From NCBI GenBank assembly GCA_041676665.1, contig JBAYRM010000001.1, positions 1-62,855 of the forward strand: a stretch of 62,855 nt of DNA. The letters are read 5' to 3'. Positions 37,045 to 45,279 of this stretch are shown piece by piece. Position 1 is the first letter of the stretch. The number at the start of each line of letters is the position of its first letter. Source of the stretch: Trueperaceae bacterium. GTDB taxonomy: Bacteria; Deinococcota; Deinococci; Deinococcales; Trueperaceae. Position numbers and translations under genes: made by a program. The notes under the pieces were generated by a model. That model ran no database searches and was not told where the DNA came from. It worked only from the letters and a program-made list of their open reading frames with translations.

Positions 37045-38550
37045 GTGTCCGCAGAGCACGAACGGGGCGACCCGAGACCTCCAGCCAAGCCCGGTAAACC
37101 GCGTGAACTCACCGTTACCAGGGGCGAGGAGCGCTTCCCGTACTCCGCCGGAGCTGTAGTCGAGGCGTTGCAGAGCGCGGGCGTGCCAACAGAAGACGCT
37201 ATGAACATCACCCGCGACGTGGAGCGCAGGCTGCGCAACAGGTCGCTCAAGGAAGTGGAGCTCGAGGCGCTGCGAGGGCTGCTGGCGACCGAGGTGCGCT
37301 CCACCACCAGTGATGATGCCGCCAGGCGCTTCCTCAAGCAGACGCCACCGTTCGTGCCTCTCCTGGTGGGCCCGCGCGGCAAGGTCCTGACCCGGCGGCG
37401 GCTGACGTCCAGTCTCGAGAAGGTAGGGCTCGGCTTCAAGGAAGCCAACGTCGTGGCGCTGCAGGTAGAGCAGGGCATCCGCGCCGACGGGCTGGAGCGG
37501 ATCCAGCGCGACGAGCTGGCGCGCCGCGTGGCGCTCATCCTGGAGGGGCGCTTCGGGCGCGACGTGCGCCTGCGCTACGAGATGATCACCTCGGCCGCGT
37601 TCGAGCTGCGCGTGCACGAGCCCGGCGGCGACACGCTGCCGTACTCGCGCGGCATCCTGGCGCAGTCGCTCACCGCCATCGGCCTCACGCCGGAGCTCTC
37701 GCACAACATCGCGAAACGGGTCGAGACGGCGCTGTACGCCACGAACGCCACCGTGGTGCAGCGCGACCAGGTGCGCGACCAGGTCGTCAGCCTGCTGAGG
37801 CGTGAGGCGGGCGACGAGTTCGCCCAGCGCTACCTGATGATGCGGCAGACGCGCCGGCGCGATAAACCTCTGGTGGTGCTGTTCGGCGGCGCGCCCGGGG
37901 TAGGGAAGTCGGCCATCGCCAGCGAGGTGGGTTACCGCCTGGGCGTGCCGCGCATCGTGTCGACCGACAGCGTGCGGCAGGCCCTCAGGTCGCTCATCGG
38001 GCCCGATCTCAGCCCCGTCCTGCACGCCAGCACCTACGAGGCTTGGCGCGCCGAGCTGCTGCCTGACGAGCGCGAAACGGCGACCCCCGAACGCATGCGG
38101 GTACTGAGAGGCTTCCTCGCTCAGGTCAACCAGCTGAAACCCGCCCTCACGGCGATCGTGCAGCGCAACATCTACGAGGCCACCTCCATCGTCATGGAGG
38201 GCGTGCAGCTCATACCCGGCGTTTCGCCGGCGCTGCACGTGGAGGGCGCTACCGTGATTTCTATCGTGCTCAGCGTGGAGGACGAGGACGACCACCTCAA
38301 GCACTTCGCTACGCGCGAGGGGCAGACCGGTAACCAGCGGGGCCAGCAGAACTACCTGGCGCACTTCGAAGAGATCCGGATCTTGCAGCAGTACGTGACC
38401 GATCAGGCGCTGGAGCACCGCGTCCCGGTAGTGGAGGCCAGCGACTTCGACCGTGCCGTTGAGCGCTGCGTAGATCACGTGCTGGACCTGCTTATGCTCG
38501 AGCAGCGCCGCCGCCTGGAAGCCGCCGAGAACGCGCAGCCGAGTGCATGA
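37045..38550 (+). CDS. P-loop kinase of the 2-phosphoglycerate-kinase-like family with three N-terminal ATP-cone-like repeats
   Basis: 501 aa. Walker A GGAPGVGKS (nt 37885-37911) followed by IVSTDSVRQ. The three roughly 65-aa repeats begin TVTRGEERFPYS, LLVGPRGKVLTR and ELRVHEPGGDTLPYS. Confidence 0.75.
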   Translation: MSAEHERGDPRPPAKPGKPRELTVTRGEERFPYSAGAVVEALQSAGVPTEDAMNITRDVERRLRNRSLKEVELEALRGLLATEVRSTTSDDAARRFLKQTPPFVPLLVGPRGKVLTRRRLTSSLEKVGLGFKEANVVALQVEQGIRADGLERIQRDELARRVALILEGRFGRDVRLRYEMITSAAFELRVHEPGGDTLPYSRGILAQSLTAIGLTPELSHNIAKRVETALYATNATVVQRDQVRDQVVSLLRREAGDEFAQRYLMMRQTRRRDKPLVVLFGGAPGVGKSAIASEVGYRLGVPRIVSTDSVRQALRSLIGPDLSPVLHASTYEAWRAELLPDERETATPERMRVLRGFLAQVNQLKPALTAIVQRNIYEATSIVMEGVQLIPGVSPALHVEGATVISIVLSVEDEDDHLKHFATREGQTGNQRGQQNYLAHFEEIRILQQYVTDQALEHRVPVVEASDFDRAVERCVDHVLDLLMLEQRRRLEAAENAQPSA

Positions 38551-38603
38551 AGAATGTTATCGCCCGGACCCCGCGGGCAACATAAACTGCCGCGAGGAGA
38601 TCC

Positions 38604-39566
38604 ATGGCAACCCCCGCTATCGCATCTGACGCCCTGACCAAGAGCTACGGCACACGCACGGTAGTCGACGACTTCACGTTCAGGGTGAACCCCGGTGAGG
38701 TCTACGCGCTGGTGGGTCCAAACGGCGCCGGCAAGACCACGGTCATCCGTTTGGTTGCCGGCCTGGCGTTCCCAACCAGCGGCGAGGTCCGCATCCTGGG
38801 TGAGGACCCGCAGCAGACCCCTTCGGTCCGGCGCGAACTCGGCGCCGTGGTAGAGGCGCCAGCCGCCTTCTACCCGTACCTGACGGGCCGCGCCAACCTG
38901 CGGCTACATGCCGACCTGGCCGGCGGCGTCGAGCGCGGGCGCATCGACGAGGTCCTCAGGCTGATGGAGCTGCACGACGCGGCCGATCGCAAGGTGGGAG
39001 TGTACAGCCTGGGTATGCGGCAGCGCCTCGGCGTGGCCGCCGCCATCCTCACCAGGCCCAAGGTGCTGATCCTCGACGAGCCGGCCAGCGGTATGGATCC
39101 CCTGAGCCTGCACCTGGTGCATTCCGTTTTGCGCAAGTCCGCCGAGGAGGGCACGGCCGTCCTGCTCTCGACGCACCACCTCGACGAGGTCGTGGCCTAC
39201 TGCACGCGCGTCGCCATTCTGGAGGAGGGGGTGCTGATCGACGAGGTCAACTTGTTCGACCGGCGCGAACGCTTCCGCATGAGGGTCACCGACCTTAGCT
39301 GCGGCGTGCGCGCTTTGGAGGCGCAGCCCGAGCTGGTGACTCACGCCACCATCCGCGGCACTGAACTGGTGTTCATCCCCCGCACGCACGAGGACCTCGG
39401 TTCGGTCAGCGGCGTTCTGGCAGCCGCCGGCGTGGGAGTTCTGGAGATGAACCGCGACGTGTTCGACCTCAGGGCCTACTACCGCGAACGGGTGAGCGCT
39501 GAGCGCGCCCGGCGCACCGGCGTGGCGCCAGCCACGAACGACAGCGGTTACGGAGGCGCGGCATGA
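38604..39566 (+). CDS. ABC transporter ATP-binding protein (ABC-2 type exporter ATPase)
   Basis: Walker A GPNGAGKTT, signature YSLGMRQRL, Walker B LILDEPASGMD. SD GAGGAG upstream. Confidence 0.92.
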   Translation: MATPAIASDALTKSYGTRTVVDDFTFRVNPGEVYALVGPNGAGKTTVIRLVAGLAFPTSGEVRILGEDPQQTPSVRRELGAVVEAPAAFYPYLTGRANLRLHADLAGGVERGRIDEVLRLMELHDAADRKVGVYSLGMRQRLGVAAAILTRPKVLILDEPASGMDPLSLHLVHSVLRKSAEEGTAVLLSTHHLDEVVAYCTRVAILEEGVLIDEVNLFDRRERFRMRVTDLSCGVRALEAQPELVTHATIRGTELVFIPRTHEDLGSVSGVLAAAGVGVLEMNRDVFDLRAYYRERVSAERARRTGVAPATNDSGYGGAA

Positions 39567-40339
39567 TCAGCACGCTGCTGCGTATGGAGTTCGCCAAGAT
39601 CTGGCGCCTGACCAGCGTGCGCTTCGGGCTCGCTCTGCTGTTGGTCTTCCCGCTGCTGTGGGCGTACGCGCCCGGCATCTTCGAGGTTTACGGCTTCTTC
39701 CTCGTGTCCGGTTTCCAGGTGCCCGCGCTCTCGCTACTGTCGTCCATGCAGTTCCTGCTACCCCTGCTGGTGGCGATATCCGCAGCCGAACTGCTGGGCA
39801 CAGAGATCTCCAACGGCACCCTGCCCACCATCCTTTTGCGGCCAGTGACCAGACCCAACTGGCTGGCGGCCAAGCTCATCGTCATCGCCATCTACCCGTT
39901 CGTGATGCTCTTGGTGTTCCTGCTGGCCTCGCTGGCGGCTGGCATCCCGTTCGGTTTCGGCGGTTTCTTCGGTGGCACCGGGCTGGGTGAAGCCGGGCTG
40001 CTAGGGCAGGGCATGCTCACCCCAGGCGCTGCATTAGGCGAGGTGGTGCGCGGTTACCTGCTGGCCGCCCTGGCGCTGGTTCCCATCGGCATGCTGGCGC
40101 TACTGTTCACGGTGGTGTTCATGAACGCCGCTGGCGGTGCGCTCGCCACACTCGCCTCACTTATCTTCATGCAACTGTTGGTGGTGTTCCCGGCCATCGA
40201 ACCGTTCCTGCTAACCACCCAGCTCAACGCGTACGCCGCGCCGGGCTCGGAGGTGGCGTGGGTGGTGGCCCTCATCGCGCTATATGGAGCGCTGTTCGCA
40301 GCGCTCGCGGTGGTCCTGTTCGAGCGGAAGGACTTCTAG
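39563..40339 (+). CDS. ABC-2 family transporter permease
   Basis: 258 aa, about 6 TM helices. ELLGTEISNGTLPTILLRPVTR block. ATGA overlap with the ATPase gene. Confidence 0.8.
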   Translation: MISTLLRMEFAKIWRLTSVRFGLALLLVFPLLWAYAPGIFEVYGFFLVSGFQVPALSLLSSMQFLLPLLVAISAAELLGTEISNGTLPTILLRPVTRPNWLAAKLIVIAIYPFVMLLVFLLASLAAGIPFGFGGFFGGTGLGEAGLLGQGMLTPGAALGEVVRGYLLAALALVPIGMLALLFTVVFMNAAGGALATLASLIFMQLLVVFPAIEPFLLTTQLNAYAAPGSEVAWVVALIALYGALFAALAVVLFERKDF

Positions 40340-40340
40340 C

Positions 40341-41657
40341 GTGACGCCGCCATTGCGGCGGGCGCGTGGCGTCACGCCACTCGCCGTGCTGGTGGCGGTC
40401 CTCTCGCTCCTCCTCACGCTCGGCCACTACGGCGCGGCGCAGCAGATCAGCTACACGGTTCAAGTGGTGGCCCTCTCCGACCTGGACTCCGCCACAGACG
40501 TGCAGACCGACCTGCTGCGACAAGGGTTCCCCGCTTACGTGGTGCGCTCCACCTCGTCGCAGGGCGACGTGTTCCGCGTGCGCGTGGGAGCCTTCGCCAA
40601 CCGCCAGGCTGCGCTGCTGTACGCCGAGGCCATGCCCATGGTGGCCGGCGGTCAGCCCGTACCCGCACTGGCGGAGGGCATACCCGCTGGCATCACACCG
40701 GTGACGCCCAGGCTGGTGCTGTCGCAGGACGTTACCGGCCTCGACACGCGCCTCCTGCGTGTGGGGGGCAACATCGCGCTCAGGACCCAACAGCGCACGC
40801 CGCTGCTGCCAGCCGAGTACGCCATTCTTTCCGGCGGCACGGTGGAGCGCGTGCGGGCCTGGAACCTGAGCGTGGACGAGAACGGCGCCAGGGTGATAGT
40901 GCGCGACATGACGCTGTGGCCCGACACGTGGCAGGAGGAGTCAGGCGAGGTGCTCGACGGCTACCAGAGCACCCTGGTGAACCTGGTGGCGGAGCGCCTG
41001 GGGCTGGACCCAGCCACCGTGCGGGCGGCCCGCTACGGCACCACCGCCGGTGCGCCGCGCCTGATAGTCGTCGAGCGCGTAGTGCCCGGTTCGGCTGAAG
41101 GTCCTGAGCTCATCGGGCTGGGCCTGCCCGTTTCGGGCATGACGCCGGCGGGACCTCTGCAGTACCTGGGCGTGCAGCCTACCGACCTGCCAGCGCTGCC
41201 GGACGGCGTTCGAGTAGATCTGGTCAGCGGCACGGTAGTCGGTGAGCTCGCGGTGGCGCCCGCCGACGGGACGGAGTCGGAAACCGAACCGGAAACCGAG
41301 CCGGACACGGACACCGAATCGGACACTGAACCAGAACCCGAGCCTGAACCCGAGCCTCAATCCGAGCCCGGCGCGGGCGGGGAAGACGCTTCGGGGGAGT
41401 CCGCCACTGCGCCGCAAACAGCGGTTCCGCCGGCAGCACCGCCACCACCTGTGGCCTCCGGGGCGGTGCAGGGTGAGGGCTGGGTGGCGGAGCCCGATGG
41501 TCCGTTCGTGCGCCTGACCGTGTCGTCGCCGGTCGCGGGCGCCGGCGCAATAACCTGGCGCGCTGCGCTGGGTACCCCGCTATGGAGCGGCGAGGGTTAC
41601 CTGCTGGCTCACGTTGGGAAGAGCGTGCTCATATACGACTTCCTCCCGCGCGATTAG
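40341..41657 (+). CDS. SPOR domain-containing membrane-anchored protein with an acidic TE/EP repeat
   Basis: Start set to GTG 40341, 1 nt after the permease stop. TM/signal segment VTPLAVLVAVLSLLLTLG. SPOR-like block YTVQVVALSDLDSATDVQTDLLRQGFPAYVV...VFRVRVGAFANRQAA (nt 40449-40631). Confidence 0.72.
   Translation: MTPPLRRARGVTPLAVLVAVLSLLLTLGHYGAAQQISYTVQVVALSDLDSATDVQTDLLRQGFPAYVVRSTSSQGDVFRVRVGAFANRQAALLYAEAMPMVAGGQPVPALAEGIPAGITPVTPRLVLSQDVTGLDTRLLRVGGNIALRTQQRTPLLPAEYAILSGGTVERVRAWNLSVDENGARVIVRDMTLWPDTWQEESGEVLDGYQSTLVNLVAERLGLDPATVRAARYGTTAGAPRLIVVERVVPGSAEGPELIGLGLPVSGMTPAGPLQYLGVQPTDLPALPDGVRVDLVSGTVVGELAVAPADGTESETEPETEPDTDTESDTEPEPEPEPEPQSEPGAGGEDASGESATAPQTAVPPAAPPPPVASGAVQGEGWVAEPDGPFVRLTVSSPVAGAGAITWRAALGTPLWSGEGYLLAHVGKSVLIYDFLPRD
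41271..41369 (+). repeat. in-frame tandem micro-repeat encoding TESETEPETEPDTDTESDTEPEPEPEPEPQSEP
   Basis: Degenerate 6-nt (gaaccN/gagccN) periodicity inside the SPOR protein gene. Confidence 0.8.
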
Positions 41658-41670
41658 GCGCGGGAGGAAG
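41639..41670 (+). terminator. hairpin spanning the SPOR gene stop codon
   Basis: Perfect 13-bp stem cttcctcccgcgc / gcgcgggaggaag with loop gattag, which contains the TAG stop. No U tract. Confidence 0.5.
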
Positions 41671-41716
41671 ATGGACTCGGTAGTTCTGCGGCCGCTAGCT
41701 GGCGGCTGAGTTCGGC

Positions 41717-42709
41717 TCAGCTGGCCGCCACCGCAGCCTCTGCGGGTTGTGCTTCCTTCGGTACAGGCGGTACGCCCTCCTCCACGAGCCACTTCTCGGC
41801 CATCATGGCCGCTCGTGTGCCCGCCCCGACGGAAGTGGAGAGCTGCCGGTAGATCTCGTCGGCCACGTCGCCGGCTGCGAACACACCCGGGACGTTGGTG
41901 AACACCTCGTTCTCCACTGCCACGTAGCCGGTGGGCCCCAGCTCGACGAACCCCTTCAGGTAGTCGGTGTTGGGCACGTGGCCCACGTACACGAACACGC
42001 CGTCGGTGGGGAGGAAGCCCTCCTCGCCCGTTTGCACGTTCTGGGTCTTGATGCCCTTGACCACGCCGTCGTCGCCCACGATCTCGGTGGCCACCGTGTG
42101 CCACATGAACTCCATCTTGGGGTTAGCGAAGGCGCGTTGCTGCGCGGCCTGGTTGGCGCGCAGCTCGCCGCGCCTATGGATCACCGTGACCTTGGAGGCG
42201 AACTTGGTGAGGAACGCGCCCTCTTCGACGGCGGCGTCGCCGCCGCCCACCACCACGACCTCGCGGCCCCGGTAGAAGAAGCCGTCGCACGTGGCGCAGG
42301 TCGAGACACCGCGCCCGTAGAGCTCGTCCTCGCCGGGCACACCCAGCAGGCGCGGGTTGGCGCCGGTGGCGATTATGACCGCGCTGGCGTGGTAGTTGGC
42401 CTCGAGGCCCGCCACCATGAAACCGCCCTCCGGCAGGCGGCTGATGGACGCGACCTCGTCCATGACGATGCTGGCTCCGAAGCGCTCGGCCTGGGCCACC
42501 AGGCGTGCCGATAGTTCTGAACCGCTAACAGGTTCGGGGAAACCGGGGTAGTTCTCGACCTCTTCCGTCTGTGCTATCTGACCACCCGGTACGGCCTTCT
42601 CGATGATTATGCTGCTCAGGTCCGAGCGGCCCGTGTATATGCCGGCGGTGAGCCCAGCTGGGCCACCACCGATTATTACGACGTCGTGGCGATGAGTTTT
42701 CTTAGGCAT
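41717..42709 (-). CDS. trxB: thioredoxin-disulfide reductase
   Basis: Start at ATG 42709 with GGAGG upstream. VIIGGGPAG, redox centre [17 protein letters not shown]. Confidence 0.93.
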   Translation of the reverse strand: MPKKTHRHDVVIIGGGPAGLTAGIYTGRSDLSSIIIEKAVPGGQIAQTEEVENYPGFPEPVSGSELSARLVAQAERFGASIVMDEVASISRLPEGGFMVAGLEANYHASAVIIATGANPRLLGVPGEDELYGRGVSTCATCDGFFYRGREVVVVGGGDAAVEEGAFLTKFASKVTVIHRRGELRANQAAQQRAFANPKMEFMWHTVATEIVGDDGVVKGIKTQNVQTGEEGFLPTDGVFVYVGHVPNTDYLKGFVELGPTGYVAVENEVFTNVPGVFAAGDVADEIYRQLSTSVGAGTRAAMMAEKWLVEEGVPPVPKEAQPAEAAVAAS

Positions 42710-42984
42710 CCGTGCCTCCATACGTACGAGTTTATAGGAGGTAATTGGGTGTAAGAGTAGGGCTGGAGACTCCCTCCGCCGGGTCGGTCAGGCGGCGCGA
42801 AGCTACGTGGATTTACTCACAGGGCCGGTGTGGGCGGAGAAATGTCATACGGACGACGAGGGGTTGCTGATACTTTGCGAGTCGGAAGAGTTAGGGATGC
42901 CGGAGGGTGGCTGTTGGGCGGGGTAGGGAACCCCACCCGGCGGCGAACGAGTCTCACCGGGCCCAGAAGGAGACGTATCCACGC

Positions 42985-45195
42985 ATGTCGTCACCAACCA
43001 ACACGTCCCCAGGGCTACCAGCACCTGCTGTGACCGATCGGCGTTCGCCCCACGAACCTCAAAATGCGGACAGCTTTAAGGCTGAGCACGGCCAAGCGGC
43101 GGGCTCCGTCGCCAGCGCTGCTGCGGGCGTGTTCGATGACCGCAGCGTCATCGAGGCCACCTCGCGGCTGTTCACGCACGAGAGCTTCTGCCTGACCGAC
43201 CTCAGGCAGGTCGGGCATCCGGTCATTCATGCCAGCCCCGAACTGGCGGCGCTCACACGCTACGCGGCGAACGACATAGTGGGCAGGAACCTCGGCTTCC
43301 TCATGAAGAACGACACCGACCAGGAGGGCGAGAGGGCGCTGCGGGAAGCCGTGGCTGAAGGGCGGCCGGCTACTGCGCTGGTGCGCTCGTGGCGCGCCGA
43401 CGGCGGTCTCTTCTGGAGCGAGCAGCGTCATTACCCCATCCAGGACAACACCGGCGCCGTGAGCCACCTGCTTACGGTCATGCGCGACGTCAGCGACCAG
43501 GTTCACGCGCAGAGCGCGCAGGCCGCCAACCAGGAACTCAGCGACTCGCTGGAAGGCGATGGACGCTTCTTCAGTTACGCGCTGCTGCTCCATGACGACG
43601 GCCGCAACGAGCTCATCTGGGTGTCTGACGCGTGGCGTCACCTCACGGGCTACGACCTAGAGGGCGTTGTAGCGAGCGGCATGGAGGGCTTCACGCACGT
43701 GGAGGACCGCCAGCGCCTGCAGCAACGCATGATCGCCTTGCGGGAGTCCGACAAGCGGGTCGACCAGTACCGCCTCGTCACGCATGGCGGCAAGGTCATC
43801 TGGGTGGAGGACTTCGCAACGCGCCGCTGGCGCAGCGACGAAGCCGGCATCACGGCCGTTTACGGCATGATGAAAGACGTGACGCAGTCCAAGCAGCGCG
43901 CCACCGAACTCTGGCGCCTGGCGCACGTAGACGCGCTGACCGGCTTGCCCAACGCGCAGCTGCTGGAGGACCGCATCCAGCAGGCGCTGCTGCATGGGCG
44001 CCGTAACGGCACGCATGTGGCGCTGGCGATCCTCGATCTGGACCACTTCCGCTTCGTGGAGCGCACCTTCAGTCAGCGTCACGGCGAGCGGTTGATCATC
44101 GAGGTCGCGCGCCGCCTGCGGCGCGCCGTGCGCCGCACCGACACGCTGGCCCGCTTCGGTCCGGACGCGTTCGCGCTGCTCATCTGCGACCTGCCCAACG
44201 AGCGTGCCGCCCTGCCGGTCCTCGAGAAGGCGCTGGCCGCCGTGCACGAGCACTACTCGGACGGCACTCTCACCCTGAAGCTCTCCGCCACGGTGGGCGT
44301 CGATATGCCTGGTAACGGCGTCAGGGCCCAGGGCGTGGTGGTCAGGCGCGCAAGCGAGGCGCTGGCGCGCGCCAAGGAGGCTGAGCGTGGCGGTTTCCGC
44401 TTCTACGACGACGGCCTGAACGCCAAGATGCGCAGCCGGCTGGCGCTAGAGGGCGAACTGCGCCGCGCGCTGGTGGAGGACCAGTTCGTTCTGCACTATC
44501 AGCCGCGCGTTCAGCTCGACAGTGGGGCCATCAACTCGGTCGAGGCTCTGGTCCGCTGGGGCCACCCGGTCAAAGGGCTCCTCAGGCCCGCGGATTTCGT
44601 GCCCCTGATAGAGGAGGCGCAGCTCGGCTCGCAGCTGTTCCAGTGGACGCTAGAACGCGCCTGCCGCCAGGCGAAAAGGTGGCAGAAGCAGCGTTCGCCG
44701 CGGCGCGTGGCTGTGAACGTGAGCCCCAGCGCCCTGTCCAGTGGTGAGATAACGCGCCAGATTCAGGACGCGCTGGGTCGCTACGACCTGCATCCGGGAC
44801 TGTTAGAGCTCGAGATCAGCGAGCGCACCGGGCAGGAGACGCTGGAGGCGGCCGCCGCGGAGCTTTCGGAGGTTCGCTCGATGGGCGTCCACGTGGCGCT
44901 GGACGACTTCGGCATCGCTCACTCGTCGTTGACGCAGCTGAGGGGCCTGCCGCTAGACGGACTGAAGATCGACCGCAGCTTCATCTCGCGGCTGGGCGCG
45001 AACACAGGGGTGGAGGAGATCGAGCTTCTGCGGGCCATCATCGCGCTCGGCAAGAGCCTCAGGTTGCGCGTTACGGCCGAAGGCATCGAGACCAAGGAAC
45101 AGAACAGCCTGCTGCGGCGCCTGAACTGCGACGATGGTCAAGGGTTCCTGTATAGTCACCCGGTACCTGCGGAGTACGTACCTGCGTTCGCCTGA
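42985..45195 (+). CDS. PAS(LOV-like)-PAS-GGDEF(degenerate)-EAL signalling protein, probable c-di-GMP phosphodiesterase
   Basis: Start at ATG 42985 with AAGGAG upstream. LOV-like block GRNLGFLM (nt 43282-43305). GGDEF site reads RFGPDAF (nt 44152-44172). EAL domain motifs are intact: EALVRW, NVS, ELEISE, DDFG, KIDRSF, EGIE, QGF. Confidence 0.9.
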   Translation: MSSPTNTSPGLPAPAVTDRRSPHEPQNADSFKAEHGQAAGSVASAAAGVFDDRSVIEATSRLFTHESFCLTDLRQVGHPVIHASPELAALTRYAANDIVGRNLGFLMKNDTDQEGERALREAVAEGRPATALVRSWRADGGLFWSEQRHYPIQDNTGAVSHLLTVMRDVSDQVHAQSAQAANQELSDSLEGDGRFFSYALLLHDDGRNELIWVSDAWRHLTGYDLEGVVASGMEGFTHVEDRQRLQQRMIALRESDKRVDQYRLVTHGGKVIWVEDFATRRWRSDEAGITAVYGMMKDVTQSKQRATELWRLAHVDALTGLPNAQLLEDRIQQALLHGRRNGTHVALAILDLDHFRFVERTFSQRHGERLIIEVARRLRRAVRRTDTLARFGPDAFALLICDLPNERAALPVLEKALAAVHEHYSDGTLTLKLSATVGVDMPGNGVRAQGVVVRRASEALARAKEAERGGFRFYDDGLNAKMRSRLALEGELRRALVEDQFVLHYQPRVQLDSGAINSVEALVRWGHPVKGLLRPADFVPLIEEAQLGSQLFQWTLERACRQAKRWQKQRSPRRVAVNVSPSALSSGEITRQIQDALGRYDLHPGLLELEISERTGQETLEAAAAELSEVRSMGVHVALDDFGIAHSSLTQLRGLPLDGLKIDRSFISRLGANTGVEEIELLRAIIALGKSLRLRVTAEGIETKEQNSLLRRLNCDDGQGFLYSHPVPAEYVPAFA

Positions 45196-45235
45196 GCGCC
45201 TAGCCTGCTCCCGCTCATCTTGTGCACGTGCGCTG

Positions 45236-45256
45236 GGCGCCGCTCACTGCGGCGCC
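45236..45256 (+). terminator. hairpin downstream of the PAS-GGDEF-EAL gene
   Basis: Perfect 8-bp stem ggcgccgc / gcggcgcc with loop tcact, followed by the T-containing gtgttctcatt. Confidence 0.5.
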
Positions 45257-45279
45257 GGCGTGTTCTCATTGGAGTCCTG

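Noticed and set aside
37003-38478. 491-aa minus-strand ORF antisense to the 2PGK-like kinase gene
   Set aside because: The plus-strand frame carries a Walker A motif and coherent repeats. The antisense product is low-complexity and motif-free, so it is a GC artefact.
41271-41369. Short tandem DNA repeats that could be mistaken for a CRISPR-like or satellite array. The same applies to 57255-57449.
   Set aside because: The periodicity is 6-15 nt with no spacers. Both stretches are in-frame inside long ORFs and encode acidic or Ala/Pro-rich linkers. They are coding low-complexity repeats, not CRISPR.
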